From a virus (taxonomy: Duplodnaviria > Caudoviricetes), in the IMG/VR virus record IMGVR_UViG_3300020220_000072, positions 1-52,857 of that record: 52,857 nucleotides of DNA. One strand, 5' to 3'. Shown one piece after another: positions 1 through 10,479 of this stretch (positions are counted from its first letter, which is position 1; the number at the start of each line of letters is the position of its first letter). The notes beneath the pieces are model-generated. The model was not told the DNA's origin, did not search any database, and saw nothing but the letters and a program-made list of their open reading frames with translations. Both the position numbers and the translations under genes were made by a program.

Positions 1-2
1 CT

Positions 3-140
3 CAAAATCCAGGTTATGAGATTGATTTGACCGAATATTCAGTTGAAAATCGTAGAAAAATTGAGACTTCAGACGATTTTATGTACGAAATCAAAGAAAT
101 TCGGGATAGCAACCCCGTAAAAAGTTCTGATTTTCACTAA
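3..140 (+). CDS. 3' end of hypothetical protein (partial, runs off window start)
   Basis: Frame 3 is open from the window edge (QNPGYEIDLTEYSVEN...SSDFH) to TAA at 138-140. Confidence 0.6.
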   Translation, partial: QNPGYEIDLTEYSVENRRKIETSDDFMYEIKEIRDSNPVKSSDFH

Positions 141-147
141 TCAGGAG
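101..147 (+). promoter_or_regulatory. Two-hairpin RNA element; second hairpin sequesters the AGGAG Shine-Dalgarno
   Basis: CGGG(102-105)/CCCG(114-117); TTCTGATT(125-132)/AATCAGGA(139-146); SD AGGAG 143-147 before ATG 153. Confidence 0.55.
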
Positions 148-152
148 AAAAA

Positions 153-317
153 ATGGACGAAAAATTGATCTTATCGGAAATTTTACATGATAATTTGACA
201 GAAAAGAAGCACGATCTCAAAAAACAGACTGAGTTGCATGAAAGAATTCGCAATGATGAGGATTATGATGATTGGGAGTATGGAACAGAACCTTATTACG
301 GTAAAATAACCATGTAA
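153..317 (+). CDS. Small acidic hypothetical protein, 54 aa (MDEKLILSEILHDN...DEDYDDWEYGTEPYYGKITM)
   Basis: Strong SD AGGAG, ATG 153, TAA 315-317; below the ORF-track cutoff. Confidence 0.75.
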   Translation: MDEKLILSEILHDNLTEKKHDLKKQTELHERIRNDEDYDDWEYGTEPYYGKITM

Positions 318-323
318 TTGGAG

Positions 324-331
324 TATAAATA
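324..331 (+). promoter_or_regulatory. T4-type late (gp55) promoter
   Basis: Exact TATAAATA upstream of gp25. Confidence 0.85.
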
Positions 332-356
332 CAAAAAGATTTGTGGAGAATAGTAA

Positions 357-755
357 TTGGCATCTATTTCTAGAGCATTTAAAGACATTAATTTGTCTTT
401 TAAAAAGCATCCAGTTACTAAAGATCTTTTAACGATTCGAAATGAAGATGCGATTAAACGATCTGTCAAAAATATTATTTTCACAAAACTCGGTGAAAAA
501 TTTTTTGATCCTGATTTTGGTTCAAGAGTCACTGATGCACTATTTGAGTTAGATACAACATTTCCAGAGATACCTTTGGAGAATGAAATTAAATCAGTTT
601 TAGAAGCATATGAACCACGTATTGATAACATTAATGTAGAAGTAACTGTAAACGGAGAAGATCACGAATTGTTAGCAGTTATTCAATACGACATTGTTGG
701 TCTTCCCGTTGACACACAAATTATAGAGGTTGTTCTTTTACCTACTAGGGCATAA
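357..755 (+). CDS. gp25: Baseplate wedge subunit gp25 (TTG start)
   Basis: FKDINLSF, AIKRSVKNII, GEKFFDPDFGS and YEPRI motifs; GGAG SD; directly before gp6. Confidence 0.93.
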   Translation: MASISRAFKDINLSFKKHPVTKDLLTIRNEDAIKRSVKNIIFTKLGEKFFDPDFGSRVTDALFELDTTFPEIPLENEIKSVLEAYEPRIDNINVEVTVNGEDHELLAVIQYDIVGLPVDTQIIEVVLLPTRA

Positions 756-757
756 TA

Positions 758-2638
758 ATGGCATTCGGTCAGTACACAAATCTAGATTTTGATCAGATAA
801 AAGTTTCGATTCAGGATTACCTGAGAGCAAATAGCAATTTTACTGATTTTGATTTTGAAGGTTCGAATCTTTCGGTCCTGATTAATACCCTAGCTTATAA
901 TACATACATCACAGCGTACAATACAAATCTTGCAGTTAATGAATCATTTCTCGATTCTGCAATTCTAAGAGAAAATGTCGTCTCTCTTGTTAGGGGTATC
1001 GGATATGTTCCAAGATCAAGAAGATCGGCAATTGCAAAAATTTCATTCAGAGTCAATAACTTAACATCTCTTACTGCAACATTAAAGGCAGGAGTTGTTT
1101 GTAATGGTTCAGCAAATAATACTAATTTTATTTTTTCAATTCCTGAAGATGTAACCACAAATGTTATAAATGGAATTGCAAGATTTGATAATGTTGAAAT
1201 TTATGAAGGAACATTTGTTCAAACGAAATTCACAGTCAGTCAATCAGTTTACGATCAAAAATACATTTTACCAAACTCTTTTGTAGACACAAGTACAATC
1301 AGAGTCCTAATTAAATTATCCGAAAATTCTTCAGTATCTTCTGAATATAAGCAAGTTGATAATATTTTAAAGATTGATGGTCGATCAGACATTTATCTAA
1401 TTCAGGAAGTTTCTGACGAAAGATATGAATTATTATTTGGTGATGGAATCATCGGCAAAAAACTAGAGAATGGAAATGTTATTGATGTTTCATACATTAC
1501 AACATCTGGTAGAGGTGGAAATGGTGCCACTCAATTTAATTTGGTAGGAATTTTGAGAGATGAAAATAATACTATAATTGATCCAACAAATGTATCAAGA
1601 ATTACTACATCTCAATCATCAAGAAATGGTGATGAATCGGAATCAATTAATTCAATCAAACATTTTGCTCCAAGAATTTATTCCTCGCAGTATAGAGCAG
1701 TTACTGCATCTGATTATGAGTCAATTATCGGATACATCTATCCAAATGTAGATTCTGTGACTGCTTATGGTGGAGAAGAATTAAGTCCTCCACAATACGG
1801 AAAAGTTTTTATTTCAGTTAAACCAAGAAATGGTGATAAACTTCCAAATTCTACAAAAAGAGATCTTCTGTTAAAATTAAAAAATTATTCAATTGCAGGA
1901 ATTATTCCCCAATTTATTGATGCCAAGTATCTTTATGTTGAAATAGTTTCTTCAGTTTATTTTGACTATAATAAAAATAATAGAGTTTCTGATTTAAGAA
2001 CATTGATTTTAAGTTCATTGACGCAATATTCGCAGTCTATTGATTTGAATAAATTTGGAGGTAGATTTAAATATAGCAAAGTTTCATCATTAATTGATAA
2101 TGTTAATTATTCAATTACTTCTAACATAACAAGTGTTCTTATTCGCAGAGATTTAATTGCCGAAATTGATTCAAATGCTCAGTATGAAATTTGTTTTGGA
2201 AACGCATTTCATACATCAAAGGACACATACAACATTAATTCAACATCATTTAAAATTGTAGGAATTAATGATGATGTCTATTTGGCAGATAGAAGAGTTT
2301 CATCGACAACCGGTGAAATTTTCTTTTTTACTTATAAAGATTTAAAACCAAAAATTATTAAAAGAAATGCTGGAACTGTTAACTATGATACTGGAGAAAT
2401 TATTATAGATACTGTAAACATATCTTCAACAGCAGCACCAAATAATGTTATAGAAATTCAAGCCGTTCCACTTTCCAATGATGTCATTGGATTAAAAGAT
2501 TTATATGTTAGATTTGACGTTGGATCATCTAAAATTAATTTAATTCGTGACGTAATTTCTTCTGGAGAAAATACCTCTGGAACAAGATTGACCACACAAA
2601 CAAGTTACTATCAACCAGGATTTATAAGAGAACTCTAA
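758..2638 (+). CDS. gp6: Baseplate wedge subunit gp6
   Basis: LDFDQIK, FTDFDFEGSNLS, ESFLDSA..RENVVS and RAVTASDYE motifs. Confidence 0.96.
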   Translation: MAFGQYTNLDFDQIKVSIQDYLRANSNFTDFDFEGSNLSVLINTLAYNTYITAYNTNLAVNESFLDSAILRENVVSLVRGIGYVPRSRRSAIAKISFRVNNLTSLTATLKAGVVCNGSANNTNFIFSIPEDVTTNVINGIARFDNVEIYEGTFVQTKFTVSQSVYDQKYILPNSFVDTSTIRVLIKLSENSSVSSEYKQVDNILKIDGRSDIYLIQEVSDERYELLFGDGIIGKKLENGNVIDVSYITTSGRGGNGATQFNLVGILRDENNTIIDPTNVSRITTSQSSRNGDESESINSIKHFAPRIYSSQYRAVTASDYESIIGYIYPNVDSVTAYGGEELSPPQYGKVFISVKPRNGDKLPNSTKRDLLLKLKNYSIAGIIPQFIDAKYLYVEIVSSVYFDYNKNNRVSDLRTLILSSLTQYSQSIDLNKFGGRFKYSKVSSLIDNVNYSITSNITSVLIRRDLIAEIDSNAQYEICFGNAFHTSKDTYNINSTSFKIVGINDDVYLADRRVSSTTGEIFFFTYKDLKPKIIKRNAGTVNYDTGEIIIDTVNISSTAAPNNVIEIQAVPLSNDVIGLKDLYVRFDVGSSKINLIRDVISSGENTSGTRLTTQTSYYQPGFIREL

Positions 2639-2642
2639 AGAT

Positions 2643-5600
2643 ATGATAAGCACCTCATCACAAAGAGTCAAGATTAGTCAGGTAGTTCAAAACCAACTAC
2701 CAGAATTTATTTTAAATGAAAATCCACTGTTTTCTGATTTTTTAAAAAGTTATTATACATCGCAAGATCATCCAGGTGGTCCAGCAGATCTTGCTGAAAA
2801 TTTAGATTATTACACAAAACTTGATTCTTTGGTTGGATCTGCTTTAAGTAGTTACACTAGATTAAGTTATAGAATAGAACCATATACTAAAACGATTGTA
2901 GTTAATAGTACAGCAGGATTTCCAGAATCTTATGGATTAATTAAAATTAATAATGAGATTATCACTTATACTGGATTGTCAGCGACTAATCCAAATCAAA
3001 CATTTAAAATTACTGTAGAAGGAAGTGAATTATCAAATGAAGATGTTAAATTTTTTGTTAATGGTGTAGAGTCTGGTGAATTGAATTTAAAGAAGGGTGG
3101 AACTTATATCTTTGATCAATCTGATTCAAGCAATGATGGATATGATCTCAAAATTTCAACAACTCAAGATGGAACTTGGAATGCCGGAATTGCTTATACT
3201 ACAGGAATTACAGTTACTGGTGTTCTTGGTGCAAACAGAAAAACAACATTTATTGTTCCAGAATCTGCTCCTAATAATTTTTACTTATACAGTCCTACAA
3301 TTTCCAACATGTATGGAAATTCCGCAATTAATGTTGAGGTATTGCGAAAAAACACTTTTACTGGATGTATAAGAGGATTCAGTGGAATTGAAAAATTATC
3401 CAGAACCAATGTACCAGAATCTTTATCTTTTACAAAAACTTCTGCTCAATCTCATACAGAAAATTCACTTGTACAAAACTTAAGTAGTTTATTTGCCAGG
3501 GAATTCTTTAAAAAATTAAAATCACTTTATGCTCCAGATTTTCAGGGAGTTGAATTTGATTCAGATTTAAATCATGTTCAATTTATAAAGCAAATCAAAG
3601 ATTTTTATTCTTCTAAAGGAACTAATGAAGCAATTAAAATTTTGTTTAGAGTTCTTTATGGTGTAGAATCTGATGTAATTAAGCCTCAAGACTTTTTAAT
3701 TAAAGCATCTGATGCTGATTATTTGACAACTAAAAAAATGGTTGTTCAACATGCGAATCCTCTTTATAGAGAAAGATCTGCAAGAGAATTAGTAAATGTT
3801 CCTGATATTAAAAGAATAGAAGGATCCTCGTTAATACAATCTGATCCTAGAGCTACAACTTCTATTTCTAGAGTTGATGAATTTAGATATAAAAATCAAA
3901 GTTATTATCTGCTCTCACTACCAAATGATGAAAATTTAAGTCAATTTAGAATTACAAAAAAAACTAGATTAACTTCACCATTATCTATAAATTCAAAAAC
4001 AATAACTGTAGATTCTACATTAGGATTTCCAAATAAAGGAAGTTTAATCGTCAATGGGCAAGATGTTGTTTCTTACACGGACAAAACATTTAATCAATTT
4101 TTAAATATTTCAAAAATAAGTAGATCGTATACAAATGGTGATGAAGTTTCTGAAATTATTGATACGTATGCTTATGCAGCAGATGATTCTTCATTAAAAA
4201 TTAATGTTCACATTACTGGAGTATTATCTGATTTTGACATTCCTTCAGATTATTCTTTATTGAGACCTGGAGATACAATCAAAGCAGGATCTCAAGGATT
4301 TATAAAAAATGAAAAAGATGTTCTATTTAATAGTTGGTTAGTTAATACCAGTGTTAATTATCAAATTAAAGAAATTGAATCTACAACATCTTTTGGAATT
4401 TATAATGTGATTACAAAATCAAGTCACACATTCAATGAAAAGGATGCTGTGGAAATTGTTTTTACAGATTTAACTACAAAATCATGTATTATTAACACAA
4501 TTACAAATTCAAATTCATTTTCTATTTCAGAAGCAGGAACTCTAAATTTAAATAAAATTTTATATATTAGAAGAAAAATTGCATTTGCAAATAGCAACAT
4601 TTATGAAAATGTCAAATCTTTTTCTGCGGATGTTCAAAATGTTTACGACAGTAATGGTGATGCATATGTTGCCTCTGGATCTATACCATCTTTAGGTGGA
4701 AAAATAATCTCAGCAAAGAATAGATCTGTATCTTGGACTGGAACAACTGTTGATGTAAATATTCAAGTTACAACAGGATCAGTTGATCATGGGTTTTATA
4801 GTGGGGAAATTGTCAAATATACATCAATCAATGGATCTTTAGGTAATTTGATAAGTGATAAAAATTATTATGTGAGAAGAATTAATTCAAATGAAATTAA
4901 TCTTGCAAATAGTCTTGTAGATCTTGCTAACGATAGATTTGTAAATGCTTCTGGATCTGGTACATTTAAATTACAAATTCCAAAATTTGTTGATAAACAA
5001 ATACAAACACAAAGATTTTTAAAAAAAATTCCACAAAATCCAAATTTTGATGGTGGATTTTATGAAACTACTCCAGGAACCATTGGAATTTTGATTAATG
5101 GTGTAGAAATCAAAAACTATAAATCATCTGATAAAGTTTATTTTGGGTCAATAAATTCTATAGAAGTTTTGGGTGGTGGAAAAGATTACGACGTAATCAA
5201 TCCACCAAAAGTAATTTTTGAAAGTGAAAATGGAGTTGATGCGTCAGCTATTTGTTGTGTTAAAGGAGAATTGAAGGAAATAGAAATTCTTGATCCAGGA
5301 TTTGATTATGTTTCCGAACCAAAAATTTCTATTTCTGGTGGAAATGGATTTGGAGCAACTGCTGAAGTTAGACTCGAATCATTTTCACATTCCATGAATT
5401 TTAATGCAGGATCAATTGATTTAACTAATAACTTAATAGGATTTTCTACATTTCATAAATTTGAAAATGGAGAGGATGTTATTTATAGATCATTTGGTCA
5501 GCAAGAAATTGGTATTGGAACGACAGGCACTTTAATAAACAATACAATTTATTATGTTTCTAGAGTTGGTCCAAGTAGTATTGCGTTATCAAATAATTCT

Positions 5601-8600
5601 ACTGATGCTATAAATCAAACAAATTTAATTGATTTGAGAGAGGTTGGAAGTGGCATACAAAGATTTGATAGCGTTTCATTAAAGAAAAGAATTGGAGAAA
5701 TTATTGTTACTAATTCTGGCAGTGGGTATGCAAATAAAAAAAGACTCATTGCATCTTCTGGAATTATAACTTCAACCAATACATTATTTTATAAAAATCA
5801 CAACTATAATGATGGAGATTTAGTTTTATACAAAACTACGGGTATTCCAATTGGAGGATTATCAAACAATAATTATTATCATGTAATTAAAATTAATGAA
5901 AATAATTTTAGATTATCTTTTGCAGGATCCACAGAACTCGATGTTTCTAGAACTAATTATATTACAAATCAATTCATTGGCATCTCATCAATTGGGTCCG
6001 GATCACACATATTTAATTATCCACCAATTTCAGTTTTAGTGTCTGGAGAAATTGGAATTAAAAAGTCAGATACAGAAGATTATTCATCTAAAATAAGACC
6101 AATATTCGGAGGATCAATTACATCAATTGATTTGGAAAATGTTGGAAAAGGATATGGATATAGTACGATTATAAACAACTCTAAAGCAGTAAATGTAAGA
6201 GTTTCTGCTGCAGGAACTCAAAGTTTTTATAAAGCAATTTTAGATAAAACTGGATCAATTGTAGATGTCATTATTACAAAAAAAGGTGCTGATTACACAT
6301 CAGCACCAAAACTTAAAGTCATTGGTGATGGAGTGGGTGCAGAATTAGTTGCAGTTTCTTCTGGTAGTAGCGTTACTGGAGTAAAAATTAAGAATGGTGG
6401 TGTTGGATATTCTACATCAAATTTTGTTATACAAGAAATTCTTCCTGGATCTGGCGCAAAATTTTTAGTTAACTTAAAATCTTGGACAGTCAATGATGTT
6501 AAAAGGTACGAAAATAGTTTTAATGAGGATGATTTATTTTTAGAAGAAGGTGATGAGGGAAGAGGAATTAAATTAACTGCTTTGTATTCTCCAAGGGAAC
6601 TTAGAAAAAATTTAAAGCAAAAAAATAGCGATGGCAGCATTAATTACACACAAAATGATCTTATTTTTAAAAATAATACAGAAAAAATATCAAATTCACA
6701 TTCACCAATTATAGGATGGGCATATGACGGAAATCCAATTTATGGTCCATATGGATATTCTAACAAAAATGGCGGTAATATAAAATTAATGGTATCTGGA
6801 TATTCATTGAAATCTGCTCGTATAGATGGTCCTCCAACTTCAACATTTCCTCTTGGGTTTTTTATAGAAGATTATGAATTTTTAAATAATGCAGATCTGG
6901 ATGAAAAAAATGGTAGATTCTGTATTACTCCAGATTTTCCAAATGGAACCTACGCATATTTTGCAACAGTTAATCAATCTTTAAGTACTAAAGGTGTTTT
7001 TAAAAACTATAGAGAACCTCAGTTTCCTTATTTAATAGGTGATAAATATGCAGCAAATCCTGATGAGTTTAATTTCTCTAAAAAAAATTCGCAATATTCA
7101 AACATAAATTTAAACAATTATCATAGAAATACCTATCACTATAAACTAAATGATAAATTTACTTTTTATGATGGAATTTATCAAAATAATTTAGAGGAGG
7201 AATCTGATGTTATATTCACTTCACTTGGAGAAATTGATAAAGTTAAGATTTTAAATTCAGGTGAAAATTATCAAATTAATGACAGACTAGTTTTGGATGA
7301 AAAAAGTATCAATAGTGGATCTGATTTTTCTGCAAAAGTAAAGGAAGTTATTGGTGCAAAAACAATCTCTATAGGATATACTGCAGTTGATGTTGAAAAC
7401 GTCGTCTTCACGTACGATAATTTTAGTGGTAATGTGACTGGGCATTCACAGTCTCCACATAATTTATCGAATGGTGATGTAATTTCTATTAGTGGTGTAT
7501 CAACGAATTCTTTAGATAATTTAAATGGACAGCATTTGATTAATGTGTCTGATTTAAACTATTCGCTTTCAATTGGAATCGGAACTACTGGACAAACAGG
7601 AATCGTAACATCAATTTCAGTAGTAGGTCCAAGTATAACAGACTTAAATAATGTATCTCCAAATGATGTATTATCATTTGGAAATGAACAAATGTTGGTA
7701 TTAAATATAGATGCTGCTAATAGTAAATTAAGAGTTTTAAGAAGATATAGTGGAACTGGAGGAACTTCTATTTCTGCTGGAAATAAATTAAAAGTTTCAT
7801 CCAAAAAAATTAATTTTAATTTAGGAATTAGCACTAATGTTGAAACATTTAGAAATCTTTCATATTATTTTAATCCAAAGGAACATGTAGCAATTGGCAC
7901 TGCTTTTGGTGTTGGAATTGGATCAACTATTGTATACACTCTTAATGTTCCAGGTAACATCGGAAGAGAAAGATTTATACCAACAAGAACGATCTACTTA
8001 GAAAATCATCAATTTACAACAGGACAAGCATTAACATATTCAAATGGGTCGGGATCATCAATAGTTGTATCAAATGGATCTACAACATTCTCTCTTCAAG
8101 ATAATTCAACAGTTTATGCAATTAAAGTTAGTTCAGATCTGTTAGGAATTTCTACAACCACTGTTGGAATTGGTTCAAGCGGAAAGGTAGAGGGCATTGG
8201 TGCTCCCGGAGTTCAATTAAGATTTACTTCTATTGGTTCTGGTCAATACCACAGTTTTACTCCTCTTAAACCAGAATTCAAAGGAACTGTAAAAAAAGTT
8301 GTTGCAACGGTTGTTTGTGATGAAGATCATAATCTTTCATTAAATGAAGATGTAAAAATTTCTTTAACTCCTGGGATATCGACAACATTTTATGTTAAAT
8401 ACGATCAAGATACAAAATTAACTACATTTAATGAAATTACATTCAATTCGTCAGCAATTAGTTTGGATCAAGGTAAAATAACAATTAATAGTCACAATTT
8501 AAATACGGGAGATAAAATTTTATATACAAGTGCAAATGAAGCATCTCCATTAAAAACTAAAAAGTCTTACTATGTCGTAAAAATTGATAAAAATAATTTT

Positions 8601-10448
8601 AAATTATGTGAAAACTATTATAAGGCAACAAAACAATTTCCAGAATTTATCAACTTTACTTCAATTGGAGGATCTAATCAAAAAATTTCTAAAATTAATC
8701 CACAATTAATAGCAGTTAAAGGAAATACCGTAGTATTTGATTTATCAGATTCATCACTGAGTCAATCATTATCTGGCAAAAAGATTGAGGTTTTTGATTT
8801 TAACTTATATAAAGATAAAAATTTCACAATTCCATATTATTCAAATAATACCGAAAATGAGAAGAATTTCAATGTGATTAAATTTGGACAAGTTGGTATT
8901 GGGTCTGCTAAAGTCAAGTTAGAAATTACTGAAAGTACACCAGAGCAATTATTTTATAGATTAGAACCAAAATCTATCAATCTAATCCAAGACTTATTTA
9001 AATCTCCATTGGTTGATAGAGATGTTATTAATTACTCATGTCTACAGTCAAAGCAAATTAGTTATTTCAATGTATTGGGAAAAGTCGTTGGAATTGGTTC
9101 TACAACATTCAAAATAAATCTTTTGGATGAACCAGAAAAAAATTCATACAGTCAAAATGAAGCTACTGTACTTAAATTTTCCACAAATTCTCCAAACATA
9201 AAGGGTCCTATAGAAAAAATTGAAATAGTTTCAAAAGGAAGAAATTATTTTTATCCTCCAGTGGTAGTTTCTGCTGGAAGTTCAAATAACAACACTGCTT
9301 TGATTGAACTTTTTGGATCTAATATTGGATTGTTAAAAAAATATAACTTAAAAAACGTTGGATTTAATTATTCAGCAGATTTAACTTTGAGACCATTTGC
9401 TATTTTTCCACAAGCAATAAAATTAAAATCTTTGTTAAAAGTTGTTGACGTATCTTTACTAAATGGTGGATCTAAATATACAGTTTCTCCAGACTTAATT
9501 GTTGTAGATTCTATAACAAATCAATCTATACCTGGATTTTTATTTCAAACTTCTCTGAATGGAACATCCATTACAGATGTAAAGATTTTACAGATTCCAC
9601 AAAATCTTTTTTCAATTCCTCCAAAAATTATAGCAACAAACAATTCAAATGGAGTGGGAGTTCAAACAGTATCATTTAATTCTTCATTGAGAAGAGTAAC
9701 ATTAAAACTTAATGAAACTTTTTCTAATACTAATTTTCCATTTTTTGTTGGAGATAAAATTTTTGTAGAAAACATTGGTATTGTGTCTACAGGAAATGGA
9801 TATAATTCATCAGATTATAACTATAATCTATTTTCAATCGTTGGTGTAAATACATCAAATAGTGAAATTTCATATATAATAAACAATCAATCACCAGGAA
9901 CTTTTAAATTTAGTGGTTCTTTTCCAAAAGTAATTTTGGAAGAAGATTTGCCAATAATTACTCCTATCACAGAAAAAACTAAATTTAATAAACAGGAAGA
10001 AATTTATGTAGGATCTTCAAACTATGGAAAAATAATTTCCATAGATGAAGATAACAATGTCGCTAAAGTGATTATGGAAGTTGCTCCTATAAAATCTGGT
10101 GATGTGTTAATAGGTCAATCTTCAAAATCTTCAGCAATCGTTAGTGATGCTAATTATATAGAATCTTTCTTTAAAGTGTCTTCATCGTCAAAAACTGTTG
10201 ATGGATGGCAAAGAGACACTGGAAAATTGAGTGATGAAGTGCAAAAAATACATGATAGCGATTATTATCAATTTTTCTCATACTCAATTAAAAGTTCAAT
10301 TCCAAAGTCAAAATGGCAAAATATTGTTGATGCTACAACACACTCTGTCGGATTTAAAAATTTTGCAGATCTTGAAATTATTTCTGTTCCGGAAAATAAA
10401 GCAACAATACAATCTGCACTTATTAAACAAGAACCGACTATTTTTTAG
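2643..10448 (+). CDS. gp7: Baseplate wedge initiator gp7-like, N-terminal part (2601 aa); contains a YHYH-like segment and repeated beta-domains
   Basis: QLPEF/FLKSYY, IKDFYSSKGT..ILFRVLYG, HSPIIGWAYDGNPIYGPYGY, IHDSDYYQFFSYSIKS..HSVGFKNF; lies between gp6 and gp8. Confidence 0.88.
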   Translation: MISTSSQRVKISQVVQNQLPEFILNENPLFSDFLKSYYTSQDHPGGPADLAENLDYYTKLDSLVGSALSSYTRLSYRIEPYTKTIVVNSTAGFPESYGLIKINNEIITYTGLSATNPNQTFKITVEGSELSNEDVKFFVNGVESGELNLKKGGTYIFDQSDSSNDGYDLKISTTQDGTWNAGIAYTTGITVTGVLGANRKTTFIVPESAPNNFYLYSPTISNMYGNSAINVEVLRKNTFTGCIRGFSGIEKLSRTNVPESLSFTKTSAQSHTENSLVQNLSSLFAREFFKKLKSLYAPDFQGVEFDSDLNHVQFIKQIKDFYSSKGTNEAIKILFRVLYGVESDVIKPQDFLIKASDADYLTTKKMVVQHANPLYRERSARELVNVPDIKRIEGSSLIQSDPRATTSISRVDEFRYKNQSYYLLSLPNDENLSQFRITKKTRLTSPLSINSKTITVDSTLGFPNKGSLIVNGQDVVSYTDKTFNQFLNISKISRSYTNGDEVSEIIDTYAYAADDSSLKINVHITGVLSDFDIPSDYSLLRPGDTIKAGSQGFIKNEKDVLFNSWLVNTSVNYQIKEIESTTSFGIYNVITKSSHTFNEKDAVEIVFTDLTTKSCIINTITNSNSFSISEAGTLNLNKILYIRRKIAFANSNIYENVKSFSADVQNVYDSNGDAYVASGSIPSLGGKIISAKNRSVSWTGTTVDVNIQVTTGSVDHGFYSGEIVKYTSINGSLGNLISDKNYYVRRINSNEINLANSLVDLANDRFVNASGSGTFKLQIPKFVDKQIQTQRFLKKIPQNPNFDGGFYETTPGTIGILINGVEIKNYKSSDKVYFGSINSIEVLGGGKDYDVINPPKVIFESENGVDASAICCVKGELKEIEILDPGFDYVSEPKISISGGNGFGATAEVRLESFSHSMNFNAGSIDLTNNLIGFSTFHKFENGEDVIYRSFGQQEIGIGTTGTLINNTIYYVSRVGPSSIALSNNSTDAINQTNLIDLREVGSGIQRFDSVSLKKRIGEIIVTNSGSGYANKKRLIASSGIITSTNTLFYKNHNYNDGDLVLYKTTGIPIGGLSNNNYYHVIKINENNFRLSFAGSTELDVSRTNYITNQFIGISSIGSGSHIFNYPPISVLVSGEIGIKKSDTEDYSSKIRPIFGGSITSIDLENVGKGYGYSTIINNSKAVNVRVSAAGTQSFYKAILDKTGSIVDVIITKKGADYTSAPKLKVIGDGVGAELVAVSSGSSVTGVKIKNGGVGYSTSNFVIQEILPGSGAKFLVNLKSWTVNDVKRYENSFNEDDLFLEEGDEGRGIKLTALYSPRELRKNLKQKNSDGSINYTQNDLIFKNNTEKISNSHSPIIGWAYDGNPIYGPYGYSNKNGGNIKLMVSGYSLKSARIDGPPTSTFPLGFFIEDYEFLNNADLDEKNGRFCITPDFPNGTYAYFATVNQSLSTKGVFKNYREPQFPYLIGDKYAANPDEFNFSKKNSQYSNINLNNYHRNTYHYKLNDKFTFYDGIYQNNLEEESDVIFTSLGEIDKVKILNSGENYQINDRLVLDEKSINSGSDFSAKVKEVIGAKTISIGYTAVDVENVVFTYDNFSGNVTGHSQSPHNLSNGDVISISGVSTNSLDNLNGQHLINVSDLNYSLSIGIGTTGQTGIVTSISVVGPSITDLNNVSPNDVLSFGNEQMLVLNIDAANSKLRVLRRYSGTGGTSISAGNKLKVSSKKINFNLGISTNVETFRNLSYYFNPKEHVAIGTAFGVGIGSTIVYTLNVPGNIGRERFIPTRTIYLENHQFTTGQALTYSNGSGSSIVVSNGSTTFSLQDNSTVYAIKVSSDLLGISTTTVGIGSSGKVEGIGAPGVQLRFTSIGSGQYHSFTPLKPEFKGTVKKVVATVVCDEDHNLSLNEDVKISLTPGISTTFYVKYDQDTKLTTFNEITFNSSAISLDQGKITINSHNLNTGDKILYTSANEASPLKTKKSYYVVKIDKNNFKLCENYYKATKQFPEFINFTSIGGSNQKISKINPQLIAVKGNTVVFDLSDSSLSQSLSGKKIEVFDFNLYKDKNFTIPYYSNNTENEKNFNVIKFGQVGIGSAKVKLEITESTPEQLFYRLEPKSINLIQDLFKSPLVDRDVINYSCLQSKQISYFNVLGKVVGIGSTTFKINLLDEPEKNSYSQNEATVLKFSTNSPNIKGPIEKIEIVSKGRNYFYPPVVVSAGSSNNNTALIELFGSNIGLLKKYNLKNVGFNYSADLTLRPFAIFPQAIKLKSLLKVVDVSLLNGGSKYTVSPDLIVVDSITNQSIPGFLFQTSLNGTSITDVKILQIPQNLFSIPPKIIATNNSNGVGVQTVSFNSSLRRVTLKLNETFSNTNFPFFVGDKIFVENIGIVSTGNGYNSSDYNYNLFSIVGVNTSNSEISYIINNQSPGTFKFSGSFPKVILEEDLPIITPITEKTKFNKQEEIYVGSSNYGKIISIDEDNNVAKVIMEVAPIKSGDVLIGQSSKSSAIVSDANYIESFFKVSSSSKTVDGWQRDTGKLSDEVQKIHDSDYYQFFSYSIKSSIPKSKWQNIVDATTHSVGFKNFADLEIISVPENKATIQSALIKQEPTIF

Positions 10449-10479
10449 TAATAAATAATTAAAAGTCGGCGGTTCAATG
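10431..10479 (+). promoter_or_regulatory. Late promoter inside a hairpin that occludes a GGCGG RBS-like sequence
   Basis: GAACCGACT(10431-39) pairs with AGTCGG-CGG-TTC(10464-75); AATAAATA at 10450-57; ATG at 10477. Confidence 0.7.
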
